Positions 40,421 to 53,592 of a DNA stretch of 64,000 bases are shown here, piece after piece. A program made the translations under genes and the position numbers. The stretch comes from Lama guanicoe (lineage: Eukaryota), in the NCBI GenBank assembly GCA_013239625.1, contig MU054323.1, positions 14,307,950 through 14,371,949 of the forward strand, read 5' to 3'. Each line of letters opens with the position of its first letter. The first letter of the stretch is position 1. A model generated the notes under the pieces. The model was not told the DNA's origin, did not search any database, and saw only the letters and a list, made by a program, of their open reading frames with translations.

Positions 40421-40784
40421 GTTGAACCTGACATGCACTTTTAGTGGCCTTTGCTGGTTTCATTTCATGGGGACCGGCTTTCAGTTTACTGTCAGTTGCA
40501 ATATTCTGTTCCTCCATAGCCTTAAGTGTTGCTTGTTAAGATTTTTCATGTCCTAAAGTATTTCATATTAAATCAGAGGTTTTTAAGAAACAAAAGCTGA
40601 GACCAAAAAAAAAAAAAAAGAGAGAGAGAGAGAGAGAGATCTTGCTAGGGGAGTGGGATTTCAGGCAGGCATATTGATTTTTGGTTTCAGGCAGAAGTCT
40701 TATCCCAGGCAGAAAGCCTGCCTACTCTGTTGACATTTCAGAACAGTCATGTACCAGGATGCTTTGAAGGAGGAAATTCAGATG

Positions 40785-41010
40785 TTGATATTCAGACAGA
40801 CCTGAGTTTGAATACTGACAGTTCCTTCCATCTAATGGCTGTATGACCCCAGACAAATTAATGTTTCTGAGCCTCTATTTTCTATAAAATAGGAGGAAAT
40901 ACCTCCATGATATTGTTTGAGACTAAATTTTAAATGAGATAATACATTTCAAACTCACAGTAAATGTCTGAGTACTTGAGTAGCAGGAACTATAATGGTT
41001 GCTATTATTA
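40785..41010 (+). mobile_element. MIR
   Basis: CAGACAGACCTGAGTTTGAAT...CTCTGAGCCTC-like core...AAATGAGATAAT. Confidence 0.7.
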
Positions 41011-41599
41011 TAATTATTATTGGCTATTGGGAGGCAGGGCATTAACATTAGAAGTGATATTTTCATTTAGTTGTGTGGTTTGATGATTAAATTAATTCAT
41101 ATTTTCAAAAATTCCTGTTAACAGTACATAGCAGATACACCCACTGAAATGTACCTTTCATTTACAAGAAATACAGAATGAGATTGCTTTTATTTTATAG
41201 AGTTGGATAGTTTCTAAACTAGTTTCTGAGAGCTGAACTGCAAACTGAAATAGCCATTTTACTACATGGATGAGTATTATAATAACAAGCTTTTGGATTT
41301 ATCCCTAGTTTCTTTTGTACATTTCCCCCAAATCTTTCAGTTCTATATATTAAAAAAATTCAGGTATTGAAGGTGATGACTTCCTCTCAGCTTCTGTTAC
41401 CAGATAAAGGATGCTGCTTCAGTTTAAATCAGAATGGAAAGTGGGTTTTTATTATTGAACTTTTTGAAGAAAGCATAAATTTGAGATCTCTTTGTATTAA
41501 AACCTTTATTAAAGGAAATGGTTATTACTTACCCTTAAATGAAAAAAATAATGTATGATTTTTAACTATGTTCGGAGACTTAAAGGATAAAATTAAACT

Positions 41600-41825
41600 A
41601 TTTTTTTAACATTTTTAATTGAGTCATAGTAATTTTACAGTGTTGTGTCAGATTCCAGTGTAGAGCACAATTTTTCAGTTATACATGAACATACAAATAT
41701 TCATTGTCACATTTTTTTCGCCGTGAGCTACCACAAGATCTTGTATATATTTCCCTGAGCTATACGGTATAATCTTGTTTATCTATTCTACATTTTGAAG
41801 TCCCAGTCTGTCCCTTCGCACCCCC
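41600..41825 (-). mobile_element. Young camelid-type L1 3' end with TSD
   Basis: TTTACAGTGTTGTGTCAGATTCCAGTGTAGAGCACAATTTTTCAGTTATACATGAAC, CpGs retained, flanked by duplicated AAAATTAAACT (41589 and 41826). Confidence 0.9.
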
Positions 41826-44800
41826 AAAATTAAACTGTTAATAGTGGCTATCCTTATTTGAAGAAAATGCAAATTTAATTATATCTATACATAAATGTTC
41901 CAAAATGTATATTATAGGTCTTATAATCAAGGAAAAACTTTTGACATCACACGTTTTCAGGAGATTCTTTTCAGGAGAGACTTTTGAGTGATTTCTGAAC
42001 TAAAGGGATTCCTAAACTCCCTCCCAGGAGTTAAACACACCTGAAACCTCACTAGATGAAATTCTAAATTTTAATATTTAAAGGTTATGTTTGTGGAACA
42101 AATATTCATATTTCTGAGTGTTTTATTAAGCTAATTTAAAAAATATTTACCCTGACACTAGCTCATAATTATAGTTTAACAATATCTAAGTACAATACTT
42201 GAGAACTAGTCTTAATTTAGTATATAATATGTATTTCCAATTTTCCTAAAATATTAACAACAATATTATATGATCCTTTTCTGTACAGTATATTCCCTGT
42301 CCCAGTATCTTCGAAGTGCTTCCCAAATTACTAGCTTTCAAAAGTGGACATGTAAACATTTGTCTTCCTCATCTTTTTATTTTATCTTCAGAAGATTATC
42401 AGACTTTAATCCTTAACGTGTAAGGGAGGGTTGAATGAAAAATAGTTTGTTTAGATAGTCACATAAAGCTTACTAAAATAGAGATGATAGTAGTTTATTT
42501 TAAATAGTTGAATTGGTTTCTTTTTTTTTTAAATTTTTCTTTTCACGTCATTGATTTGTATGTGTGGTCATGATAACATTACCAGTGACTAAAACAAATC
42601 AGGTTGATCTCCATATATCTGTATTTCAGAAAGGTCATTAAATTGTCATTGTACCGTAAGCATTCAGGAAACATGACCTTGGAAGTCCCTTTTTCCTCTC
42701 TTTATGTGGCAGTGAACAATCTGGTTCATATTGTAAAAGGGCAAATTTGCATATACTCAATATTTTGGTTTTGAGTTAAGATATTAGGCCTCCCCTCAGC
42801 CCCTCCTCCCAAAAGAAAAAGCAAGGCGTCTTTCCTCCTCAATTGCTCAAGCTTAATAAAAGCAAAAATCGTAACTGCTGTGAATCATTGAAAGGGCTCT
42901 TAACACTGCATATATTCTAAACACATCTTCAAGTCTGCTGGCAACCTTGTTCTGCAAACCAAAGCTTGCATACTAATAATGTGAAAAGTATGGCATTATT
43001 CAGGCCGCATAAAGACTGCTTTTCTCCTGAAATACCACCTTGTAAAGATACCAAACACAGTAAGTTGTAAAAGATGAATATTAAAAATGATGCCACTGCC
43101 TCACACAGGGAGTGGGTCAGTTTTCTGAATCAAAATTTAGTTGATTGCAGGTAAGAATGATATCTTACATATCAGAGTTGGTCATATGTGTAGACAAAAA
43201 TAGGTGGATGCCACTCGAGGGATGCTTGTTGTTAGCTGTCTGTACTAAACCTCTGTAAGCAATGTGTTAGAGTTCCTGAAATTCCTTCTTTTGGAGTTAT
43301 TCATCTGGGTTATTATTTTCTCCAGAGAGTTCTTATTAAAAAGCAATCGTTAGCTTGCAAAGAGGGTTGATTCATTATAATAAGTTATTTGTGAGATTGG
43401 TTCGATTTTCTCTGGGGAGAAGGCATAAAGATGTGAATGATATGAAACAGAATCCCCAGGAAATTAGTGTTTGTGTACAACTTTTCCACTAGACTGTAAC
43501 TTTGAAAAGAAGGCCCTAATCTTACTTATTTTCATATCCTACATTTTGCCCAGGAGAGTGCAGTGCATCCACTCAATGTAGAATATAAAAAGTGATATCA
43601 ATTGATAGAAGCATTAACAGAAACGGAAGTTTTTCCAAGGAGGAACTGCTTAAGAGCATCTTGAAAGTGGAGATGCCTAAGCACACGTGTAGGCAAGAGT
43701 GAGGCCATCAGCCATATAGTCAGCTCTTCTTAATCTGATCTTTTTCAGGAGCCCACCTAGATCCTCAAATAATCAGCCTCCAGTTAAGAAAGAATACAAT
43801 TCAAAGGGAATCTAAATTAGCCTCTTATTCTGCTTACAGTCATATTGCAGTAGACAGAATGTGCCTAATCCCATTGCAAATGCTCAGGAAATTTTACTTT
43901 TGTAAGTAAACTAATGAGTGTTGAATGGAATGACAGGAGCTGGATAGAGATAAGAGCAAGACTTTCCAATGACTGACAATAGTTAGTGGGGCAGTGGGAG
44001 AAGCTTAGGCTCTGGAATCCCAAGATCTGGGCTTAATATCTTGGTTACCTGGGTCTTTGGAGGTGGGATTTATCCCGTAGGAGCGTCAGTTACCTTTCCA
44101 AGAATGCAAACAATGGCCTTTATATCACTGGATTAAGCAAAATGATCTTTATCAAGCATCAAATCTGGCTTCAAATAATAATGGCCTCCACTCTCACTTT
44201 ACCCAGCGTGATACTGCCCAAGAATACGAAATATATGTTCCACTATAGTTATATTCAAATTCAAGAAACTTTGGTCCATTTAAAAAAATACTATTCTCAA
44301 AGACATTTTATTTTCTTCTTGTTCAATAACAAAAACAAAGATCAAACAACGATTATGTCCACTTCTAGGTTCCCCTATAAAACTTTGATTTCCTTTCCAT
44401 TCTCTTCCATCTGTATCACAAGCTTGTGTTAGAATGACTTATGTCAGGGTCTTGTTAATTTCTGGTTTCTCTAAAGCTTGTAACTGAAGACAAGAGACTG
44501 TATCTGGACCTTTCACATATATGACCAGGTTTAAAAATAGCCAGTAAACAAGTTGAAGAACTTTTTCCAACAGAATACCACCTGGATTTAAGTTGAGCAC
44601 CAGTACGGATGGGTTATTAATTTTTTTTCAACTGACATCAACCACGTTTGTGAAAAATAAGCACTGGGTTATATGCTGCCCAATGTTCCCGGTAGGGGCA
44701 AGGAAGTAACAGAGGACAAGTCAGGGAGAGATATGAAGAATGCTGAGGCTGTTGATATAATCACTGGAGAATGTATAAAAGTAAACTACGTAGAAAAGAT

Positions 44801-46481
44801 ACAAAACCAGACTCTTCCTCTGCAAAACAGAATTATAATTGGTGTTACTTCTGATGTCTTTCTATACTGCTTTCTCTATTCTGTCTTTGATTTCAAAACC
44901 ATATGCAGCCCTACCCTAAGGAACTTGCACACACACACACACACAACACACACACACACACTGATGTCTCATTTGGCTAACACCGTGTTTCTTCACAAGG
45001 CCTTGCTGTCTGTTGGGCTGATTCAGTAAAGCCAATTTCAACTAAAAAACAAAAAAATTGTATCAACAACCAAAGAGCAGTGAGATGAGACTAGACAATG
45101 CTTTCTTTAAAACTTAACTCACAGCATGTAAGCAGTTAAAAAATGAGACTTTGCATCCAGCACTAAAACTCTATAGAGCCTAGATCAATTTTAATGAAAT
45201 TCCCTGTTTACCAAAATTGAATCTCTGACCTCATGAAATGAGGGTGAAAATCCCATGTCCTTGGAGATCCTAGAGAGAATGAGAAAGGGATTAGTATGAA
45301 AGGGTAGAGTGATCCTTTGGAACTGGGACACATCTTTATTATTTTTTTTTTCTTATTAGAATCTTTTAAAGATGGAATTAATGGTGGGGGGAAAAGAAAT
45401 AACACTTACTAAGTATGAGATGTTCTGGATGATATTGATGAATAGTTACATAGGTATACATATGATCTAAGAAAATAATTAACCATGGAGATGTGATTGT
45501 ATCCTTGACTTAAGGGAAGTTGCTACCCATGAGTTACCTTTTTCTTCAGTTACATGAAGAACATTGCTACTTGCCCCTCATCATATCCTGGTATAATACA
45601 AGGCTTTTTGGCTTAGAGGACAGTTATCTTTATTAATGCAATAAACTAAAAGTTTATAAGTCAAAAATGATATTTACTTTGTTTAATGCCAGTTCTAAGG
45701 AAACCAGAGTAAAGAAAATTCTGCTGCTTCTGCCCTGATTATTCCCTGTAGAGAAATAGAGGACTATTTCATAAGTATTTTAATTGTATGCAACATCTTC
45801 CTAAAATAGGAGTGAACTTTAGCAGGGAATTTATCATGACTTTCCCATTTATTTAACTATGCTGATTTGTTGAAGAAAATGGCAGTATGAGCTCTCCCCA
45901 CCTCTTCATCTCAAATCCACCACCTAGTCTTCACATTTAATTAAGTTTGTATTTATGAAGCCTTCCTGTCCTCTGAGCAATTCGAAGAAGACATAACTAA
46001 TACAAAATCGCTAAATGTCAGCCTCCAGAGAAGTGAGATTTCTTCTGAGAACCAGGCTCTCTGCCCACATTCCCCAACCCACACTGATACAACAAAGGAC
46101 ATCAGTTATATTGCTGATCTTATAAAGTATGTCTTAAAATAAATGCATGCAAGACCTTATTTCAATTTCTTTTCATCTATAAAGAAACAAAATTGCCAAT
46201 TTTCAATTGTGCATTTGAAAAAGAAAAAAGTGTTTCTCTCAATCTGTATACAGACTTATGTTGAAAAATACTATTGAATTCCTCTCCCTATTCATTTGAC
46301 TATAACAAGAGTTCAGGAAGAAGCAACTTTTGAGGCTTTATAATACCCCTCTACCTATGTGTCTAACTCTATTCTGTCTCCCATTATTTGCATCGTCCTA
46401 CTTTTCTTTCCCTTTCCCCTGTATTGTGCTCACTTTCTTTTATTCCCCAATTGCTTTAATCATTTCCTGCTCACCCATTCA

Positions 46482-46965
46482 GTGAGAGAGGGATTCCCAT
46501 TCCCACGCTGTGGCTGTGGGGATGGCCATGGTCACACACACACACAACACCGTACACTGGACAGGTGAGATAGACAGCAATTTATTAATTTATGAGGAAG
46601 AGGACAGTGCACACCATGCAGGCGCACATGGGGTTGTACTTGGGAACAAAGTGAACAAGTAGGCACTGTAGGACGCAGCACAGCCTTTGTAGTATCAAGA
46701 GGGGGAGGTGGCTGCTTATTTCCTTGCAGGGATGTGATTAGCTTGGTTGAATAATTCAAAGGGCTGGCAAGGAACTGAAACCTCCTACTCAGAGGTAAGC
46801 AGGAACTGTACCTTCTCATGATAAGGAGGGTTGTTTGGCTAGCTGATCTTAACTACAGAGCAGAGTGGGGAGGGGAACTTGTCATTAGACCATTTGAAGC
46901 CCTCATATTTACCAGCTGTCAGGGTAACACATATATAGGGCCTTAAATTTAGGCTTTATACCACA
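46482..46965 (-). mobile_element. Solo ERVL-type LTR (MER74/76/88-like group)
   Basis: Minus strand TGTGGTATAAAGCCTAAATTTAAGGCCC...AAGTTCCCCTCCCCACTCTGCTC...AATAAATTGCTG. Confidence 0.7.
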
Positions 46966-47059
46966 TATGTCTTCTCTTTTAAGTTAACAAATATTTATTG
47001 AGTACTCACTGTATCTAAAACAATAGGTTATACCATCTCTGTAATGGCTATAGTCTTGG

Positions 47060-47240
47060 GCCATATGTTACCCAGTTTTAAATAATATTTGTCATCAGCT
47101 CAGTAAAACCAATAAATCAAGTTTTATTTCCTCCATTTTACAGATGACAAAATTGTATTTTGAGAAATGTTTTGTCTAAGACTCCACAGCTAACGACTGC
47201 TTGTACATGGGTTTGAAACTAGATCTTCATTCATTAAATT
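47060..47240 (-). mobile_element. MIR
   Basis: CTCCATTTTACAGATGACAAAATTG...TTGTCTAAGACTCCACAGCTAA. Confidence 0.65.
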
Positions 47241-48021
47241 ACTATACCTCTTTTCTTCCTCTGTTTATGCTTGGAGTACATCTGTGATGTACAGTGGGCT
47301 TAATAACCTTGTCTGGGCTGAGAACATTCTCATGTTATGACCCCAAAATGGAAAGGAACTGACCACACTTCCTTTCAGGGGATGCTGCTCAGGGTGCCCT
47401 GATCTTTTCTCCAGCAAACAAAAGTCCTTTATTGTATGAAACAATTATGCTAGAATAGGTAGGGAAACTACACTCTCTTAGTTGAATGTGCCATCAAATA
47501 TTCAAACCTTTTGCTGGCAAGCCCAGGCATTCTGGCAAACTGCAAGTGACATTAGACAAACATATTTTGCTTTATGTTTAAAAATGGGTAAGTGGCCTTA
47601 TGCCCAAACTACAGGACAACATGCAGGCATAACTCGGGCTATCCGTGCTCACATGTCTGCCTGATCCTAGGATGCTTGGGCAAGATGTAAGTTTTTCCAG
47701 CACTGCAGCTGCTAGTGTTCCTTGAACAGTAATTCAATGTAAAGATAAAAATGAGCCAACATAACACTTATAAAACATAAGACTTAAGATCATCTGAAAG
47801 TTTCAGTGTCTTGAGCATCTCTTGAGAAATTACAGAATTTAATTCCAGAATTCCAGAATTCAAATTTAAATAACATACATAGTCTGGAAAAATGGTTTTA
47901 TGTGTCCTGCAGTGGACAAATCAGATACATTCAAGGGAAATATACGTTGAAAACGTGATTCACGTTTACCCAATACTGGTGAACATGTCTCTAGGGAAAA
48001 GGGCTCCTTTCTACTATGCTC

Positions 48022-48095
48022 TGTGTGTGTGTGTGTGTGTGTCTGTCTGTCTGTCTGTCTGTCTGTGTCTATGTCTGTGTCTGTGTCTGTCTGTC
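48022..48095. repeat. Compound (GT)n/(GTCT)n microsatellite
   Basis: Direct observation. Confidence 0.95.
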
Positions 48096-50059
48096 TCAGT
48101 CCATTTTCTGAATTTATTGTAAGACTTCTCCCCAAGCAGCAATTTTTGTGTCTTCTTGTACTGAAATCAGGAGGGGAAGACAGTGGAAAGCTTTTCCAAA
48201 ATAACTGATGAGGAAGAGTAAATAGAAAAGATTTGCAGCAGATTTATTATTTTATGCGTTTTATGCTGGTTTGTGGAGTGTCTCTTCCTTTTGAATGTGA
48301 TGAGAAGCACTCCCCTAACCAATTGGTCTTCCAGTTTTGAATGTGAATAAGTATGTAGGAATTGACATCTACGTTTTATCCTGAGCATTTTAATACAGGT
48401 CCCTTCTAGAAGGAAAACAAAACCCCAAGATCTGTAATATGTACTTCTGATTCAAATACAAATAACTGAGTTCATTTTCCTTTAGGAAACACAGTGCTAA
48501 AAGTAACTTTGCAAATGAGCTGTCCTCCTGTGCCTACCATTTTCATGTCACATGGATGAATAATAATATATAATGTATTTAAATATTTCCCAATACACAA
48601 GGAATCCATATGAGCTTTTGAAATTAACACAGCTTCCAATTTTAGATGTTAATAGCATACTTAATGATATGGTGAACTATTACTGATCTCAGAAGAGTAA
48701 AGAATTAGAACTCAACTTGGGTGGCTCTTTTGTCACTTGACATTACTAACTAATGTCATTTAGCCCTGCAAAAAATATTTTGCCCTTTTAATTAGTAAAC
48801 GTTTTAATAGATATATGTACTCAAGGGGATGTTTATGTGAGGAAGTTCAACTACAAGAATTTAGTCAAAATCTTCAAGCCTGGATTAGTTTAGCTACTTA
48901 TCTATGTTTCCCTGACTATATTGCTTTTATCTTGGGGATGAGGAAGTCTTAATTTTTTGATTTTGTGAAAAATTTTGATTATCTTGAATTCAGTTTTCTT
49001 GATCATCACAGAAAAAAAGAGATTGTATTTGTTTGTTTTTGATGTTAGGTGGGTGTGTGTGTGTGTTTTCAGAAATAGTAATGGCAATGAGATTTTCAGC
49101 ATATACGCCATTATTCAGTGTAACTAAAATCCTTATAGTTTCCTACTCTACACTACACTCGTATGCATACACATGTTTGCTCACACACCCCACATAAACA
49201 TTCTCTGGCATACACATATCCTTTAAAACTTTTTTTAGTTAAAGAGAAAAATACCTCTCGCAGGTATAACTGAGATTCATTAGTGGTGCCGGTGATGAAA
49301 GAGCTACTCCAATTTGAGTTCTAATTCTTTGCTCTTCTGAGATTGGTTATAGCTCACAATATAACTATATGGAGACAGGATATTTCTCTTTAATTCTTAA
49401 TGAGAAATAAATTTCTTATGTGGTAAATCTTCTTTTTTCTCCAGAGCACCTAAAATACCTTTTCTCATGGACAATAACCTCTTTAACTAGTCTTGTTTCT
49501 CATTCAGTTTGTCTGCTAGGAAAATGTGAAAACTCATCTGCTGCCCAGTATCAGCTATTGGATTGAATCACATGGCTTACATGCTAACTTCCCATGTTTG
49601 GTCTTTTATTCTAAACATATTTTTAATGCCCTGGTAATATTCGTAAGTCACTCTAATTTTATTTTGGAATGTTGTGGTTACAATAAACAATCAATGGTAT
49701 GTCTCTCATTTCTCTATCCTAAACACACTGGGTCTCAAAATATATATTTGTGCTTTAATGTGCATTAACTGAAATAGCCAGATTGGCTTATGATATTTAG
49801 TTCTCTTCTTGATCATGAGACTGGGGTCTGGAAGAGATTGGTAGCTGCTCAAGACAGTCATTCCTGCTGTGATACATAGAAACTTTTACTTTTTCCTTCA
49901 GTAAAATGGATCCTATAATCCTCTCAGATATAAAAGGAGCACATATACTTTAAAAGCAAATAAAAAGTGTGTATTTCTTTAGTAGAAACCTTTAAAAACA
50001 ATTCCCTGAGTCTTCTTTCAAGCCGTGGCATACAGGGATTATTATGTCTGCAATAAAAA

Positions 50060-50265
50060 TGACAACTACCATTTATTTAACACTTATTTTGCATTAGGCA
50101 TAGGGCTAATTTATTTTTATTAATTATCTTATTGAATCCTTACAATAAACTTGTATATTCCATATTCTATCTTTAGTTTAAAGATGAGAAATCTAAGGAC
50201 CGTGTGCTAAATTTAGGTGCATATTCATAAAATTAATAAGTGGCAGAGCTTGGATTTAAATTTGT
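50060..50265 (-). mobile_element. MIR
   Basis: CTACCATTTATTTAACACTTA...TTTAAAGATGAGAAATCTAAGG...TAAGTGGCAGAGC. Confidence 0.7.
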
Positions 50266-50274
50266 ATTTGTTAA

Positions 50275-50625
50275 GGGTAATTTTATTCATGGATATTACA
50301 AAATCCCCAAGTAATAAAATTTTAGGCAAGATATAGTTTTATTTCCCTTTTCTGTAAAAATCTTGTATCACGTAGTTCCGAAGTAGGATGGAGAATGTGC
50401 TCACATCATTCTCAGAGATCCAAGTTCACCTTTCTATCATCTCCCGATATAGAGCATTGTCCTCATGGTCCAGGTGGCATTACATTCCAGAGAGCAGGAC
50501 AGAAGGAAAGAATAGACTAAGAAACGGCAATAGATATCCTCCAGATGTCTCTTAAAGAAAGGTACAGAAAACTGCCTAATGATATGCTTATAACCAGTGG
50601 CTCTAATTGGCCAGATGGCCATGCT
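50275..50625 (-). mobile_element. Old MaLR LTR (MLT1J/K-like)
   Basis: GTTTTATTTCCC, TGTCCTCATGGTCC, ACATTCCAG, ATTGGCCAGA..GGCCATGCT. Confidence 0.5.
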
Positions 50626-51049
50626 ACTGACTGAACAGATTCTCACCGAGTAGACTGGTACCTCATGTAACATCCTAAGAAACAATCCTTGTCAAAATGA
50701 TATCCTCTAGGAATGCTAATTAGCTGGATTTCCCAGTCTAGACATTGGAATCTTAACTAGAGGAGACTATTTTTCTGTAATACTTGGAGTTGTTCCTTAC
50801 TCAGCCTTTTATGAAGACAGCAAAAGAGCCATTTGAGAGAGAATGCTTGTTGCCCAGTGATGCTCAGTAAGTGTTTACCAAATGAATGGCTGAATCCATT
50901 CGTAAAGTGAGATCCATATGAATTTCTTTACAGTCGCATTAAACCTAAATAAGTACAACAAACTGAAAAGAATAAGAAGAAATGTTCTGATATAAGCTGC
51001 TAGTTCCTCACACTAAGTAGATGGGAAAATCCCTTCATATATGCATTTA

Positions 51050-51530
51050 ACTAGTCATTCATTCATCAGTGCTTTTCAGTACCTATTAAGCATCTGGTCC
51101 TTTTCCAGGTGCTGGATATCAAAGAACAGTAACCAAAAAAAGAAGACAAAACAGTCATGATTTTTGCACAGCTTACATTCTACCAGGGGAGACAGTAAAT
51201 ACAAGCAAGAGGTAATACATAGTATGCAAGATAATTGTAAGTGCTCTGCGGAAAAATAATGCAGGAAGAGGGACAGTAGTAGTTAAGGGACTATTGTTGA
51301 GCAGATTCTGAATGGGAAATGGATTCCCGGCAAACAGAACTAAGGAAGCCACACACTTCCTCTGAGAAACTGGAAACATTTCTTCAGGATTCAGCAATTT
51401 GTGAGTGGAATAATGGTGGGGGTGGGGGGGTAGGCAGTGAAACAGGGAGATATAAAAGCTTCCTGTGTAACCAGTTTATGTGCAATTTCACATAAGCTTT
51501 TGGATTTTAAGTGCAGGTATGATGCCATTG
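51050..51530 (-). mobile_element. L2 3' region
   Basis: CATTCATTCATCAG..., GCTTACATTCTACCAGGGGAGACAG, AAGTGCTCTGCGGAAAAATAATGCAGG. Confidence 0.7.
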
Positions 51531-52008
51531 TTTCCAAACATTGTCTTGACCTCCTGTCTCCACTGATTTGGAAAAGCACTTGACCTGTTATAGATTGTTT
51601 CCACTAAGAAGGGGAATTGGATGTACAAGGCATCTGAAACCCCAGAAGAAATTAATTCTCTAGTTTTGCTATAAACTTTGCCCAGAGAACTATATTACAG
51701 ATCAGATAAGTCAGAAGAATGATATACAGAAAAAGAGCTGCCTACAGCCATGTTTCCTTGAGGGCTAATGATTTCTACTTTTTAACCTGTGTATAGTTTG
51801 CCTTAAGAGAGCAGATAGAGGGAACAGTTCTTTTGAGTGCTGTGTTTTCAAGAGGGAGGTTGCTGACTTTGTTAGAATGTAATGTACACATGTAGAAGGC
51901 AAAGGGCTTTTTTAAAAAAAACAATGTTTTAGAATTTCATCAGGCTATAATTGGTTCATGCTTTTGTAAAATGTATATCACATCTATACACATACACACA
52001 CACACATA

Positions 52009-52052
52009 TGTGTGTGAATATATATATATATATATATATATATTCACACACA
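52009..52052. repeat. Perfect 44-bp palindrome TGTGTGTGAA(TA)12TTCACACACA
   Basis: The sequence equals its own reverse complement. Confidence 0.9.
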
Positions 52053-52384
52053 CATATTTAGTTATCTTAGACCAATTGGAGGATGGGGCACAGGAACCAG
52101 AAATCCAGTTCTGACCTAGCTCCCTCCGCTTCTACAAGTTCTAATTAGATTGAGCCTCTCCCTAACCCCAAGCTTCTTTTTGTCACCTTCCTTTCCTCCC
52201 TCTGCTTCTCAGGCTTTCACTACCCTCATGATGCTCCTTGGCTCCTTAGGGACAAACAGAAACTTTCGTTATTTTAGGATCTAGAAGCTGTACCAAGTAT
52301 TTTCCTTTGCAAAACCCTTTTAGATCATTACACCTACTGTATGTGCTAAATACTGCTGTCTCCATTTTGCAGAAAATGGTACAG

Positions 52385-52590
52385 AGCATGGTAAGTTTAA
52401 GCAAGGTTCACATCCTGGTTCTATAACTTCCCAGCTACGTAATTTCTGCCATATCATTTACTCTTCCTGAGCTTAATTTTTTCTCACCTATAAAGGTAGA
52501 ATAGTAATGCCTCCTCTTGTCTAGATAATTGAATTTGTGTAAAGTTCTAGAAGAGTGCCCTGCAAATAGTAAGTGTACAATATATTATTC
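52385..52590 (+). mobile_element. MIR
   Basis: GGTTCACATCCTGG...CCTGAGCTTAATTTT..CACCTATAAAGG..ATAGTAATGCC. Confidence 0.6.
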
Positions 52591-52994
52591 TTGTCATTTT
52601 TATTCTATACATTATATTCCCAGTAATTTTCTTACATTTCCAAACTTTCTTATCCTGTTTATTTTCTAATACACTCAGTTATGTGTATTATTCAAGTAGA
52701 GAGTTTCTTCACTAAGAAAGTTCTTAGTCTCATAATTTTTTTCTCTGTTCCTCCATTTGGAGAACTCATTCATTATCATATTTTCAAACATGATTTATAA
52801 GAAATTTTTTCCTCCCTTCTTCTCACACTGATATAATCAGATGCAGATTGATATAAGTAGATCCTTTTTCTCCTCTCTTTGGTCTACTGCATACCTCAAG
52901 CCTTTGACAGTGCCCTACAGCAAGGGAAAATAAAGGACAAGGAGCAAACTGTCCCCATAGTCTAATAAACTAATGGGAGGAATCCTGACTGGCA

Positions 52995-53592
52995 CTTGCT
53001 AGTGCCAGTGTCGTTGTGATAGAAGAAGCTCCCCTGAAACAGCTGCCACCAGCTTCTGTGTCCCCAAGTAGAGTCCCAGTTGACTCCTGTCTCCTGGGAG
53101 GCTTTGTAATATCAGCAAGTGAGTCTCAACCAGTCTTCTTTCTGTGCTGGGTCTCGTAGCATGTGAGATCTTGCACACACGCATTAGGAGTAGAATTTCT
53201 TGTTTCTTGCAGCCCTCTGGCTCTCGCGCACACACAAGCACTGCTGGACTCCAAAGCCAGCTGTTCTGGGAACTCATCTTCCCAGTGGAGGACTCCTGAG
53301 CTGTGAGGCCTATTGTGGGGCCACAGACTTCTTGTTCCTTGGGGAGAACCTCTACAGCTGTAATCATCCTCCACCTTGGGATTGCCTCCCCAGGACTGTG
53401 AGTCTTGATAATGCTGCCTCTCTGCCCCTCATACACATCTCTTCTTTATACCTTTAGTTGTGGAAAATCTTTTCTGCTAGTCTGCAAGTTATTCATGTTG
53501 ATAGCTGCTCTGTAAATAGCTGTAATGTGTGTGTGTCTGTGGGAAGAGGTGAGCTCGGGGTGTTCTTACTCTCTTGTCTTAGCCACTTCCCT
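52995..53592 (-). mobile_element. Isolated laurasiatherian L1 5'UTR/promoter region
   Basis: GC-rich. Minus strand starts GGAAGTGGCTAAGA..GTAAGAACACCCCGAGCTCACCTCTTCCCAC..AGACTAGCAGAAAAGATTTTCCACAACTAAAGG..GAGGTTCTCCCCAAGG. Confidence 0.7.

Noticed and set aside
52999..53457. 145-aa and overlapping ORFs
   Set aside because: They lie in a GC-rich L1 5'UTR-like repeat and resemble no protein I know.
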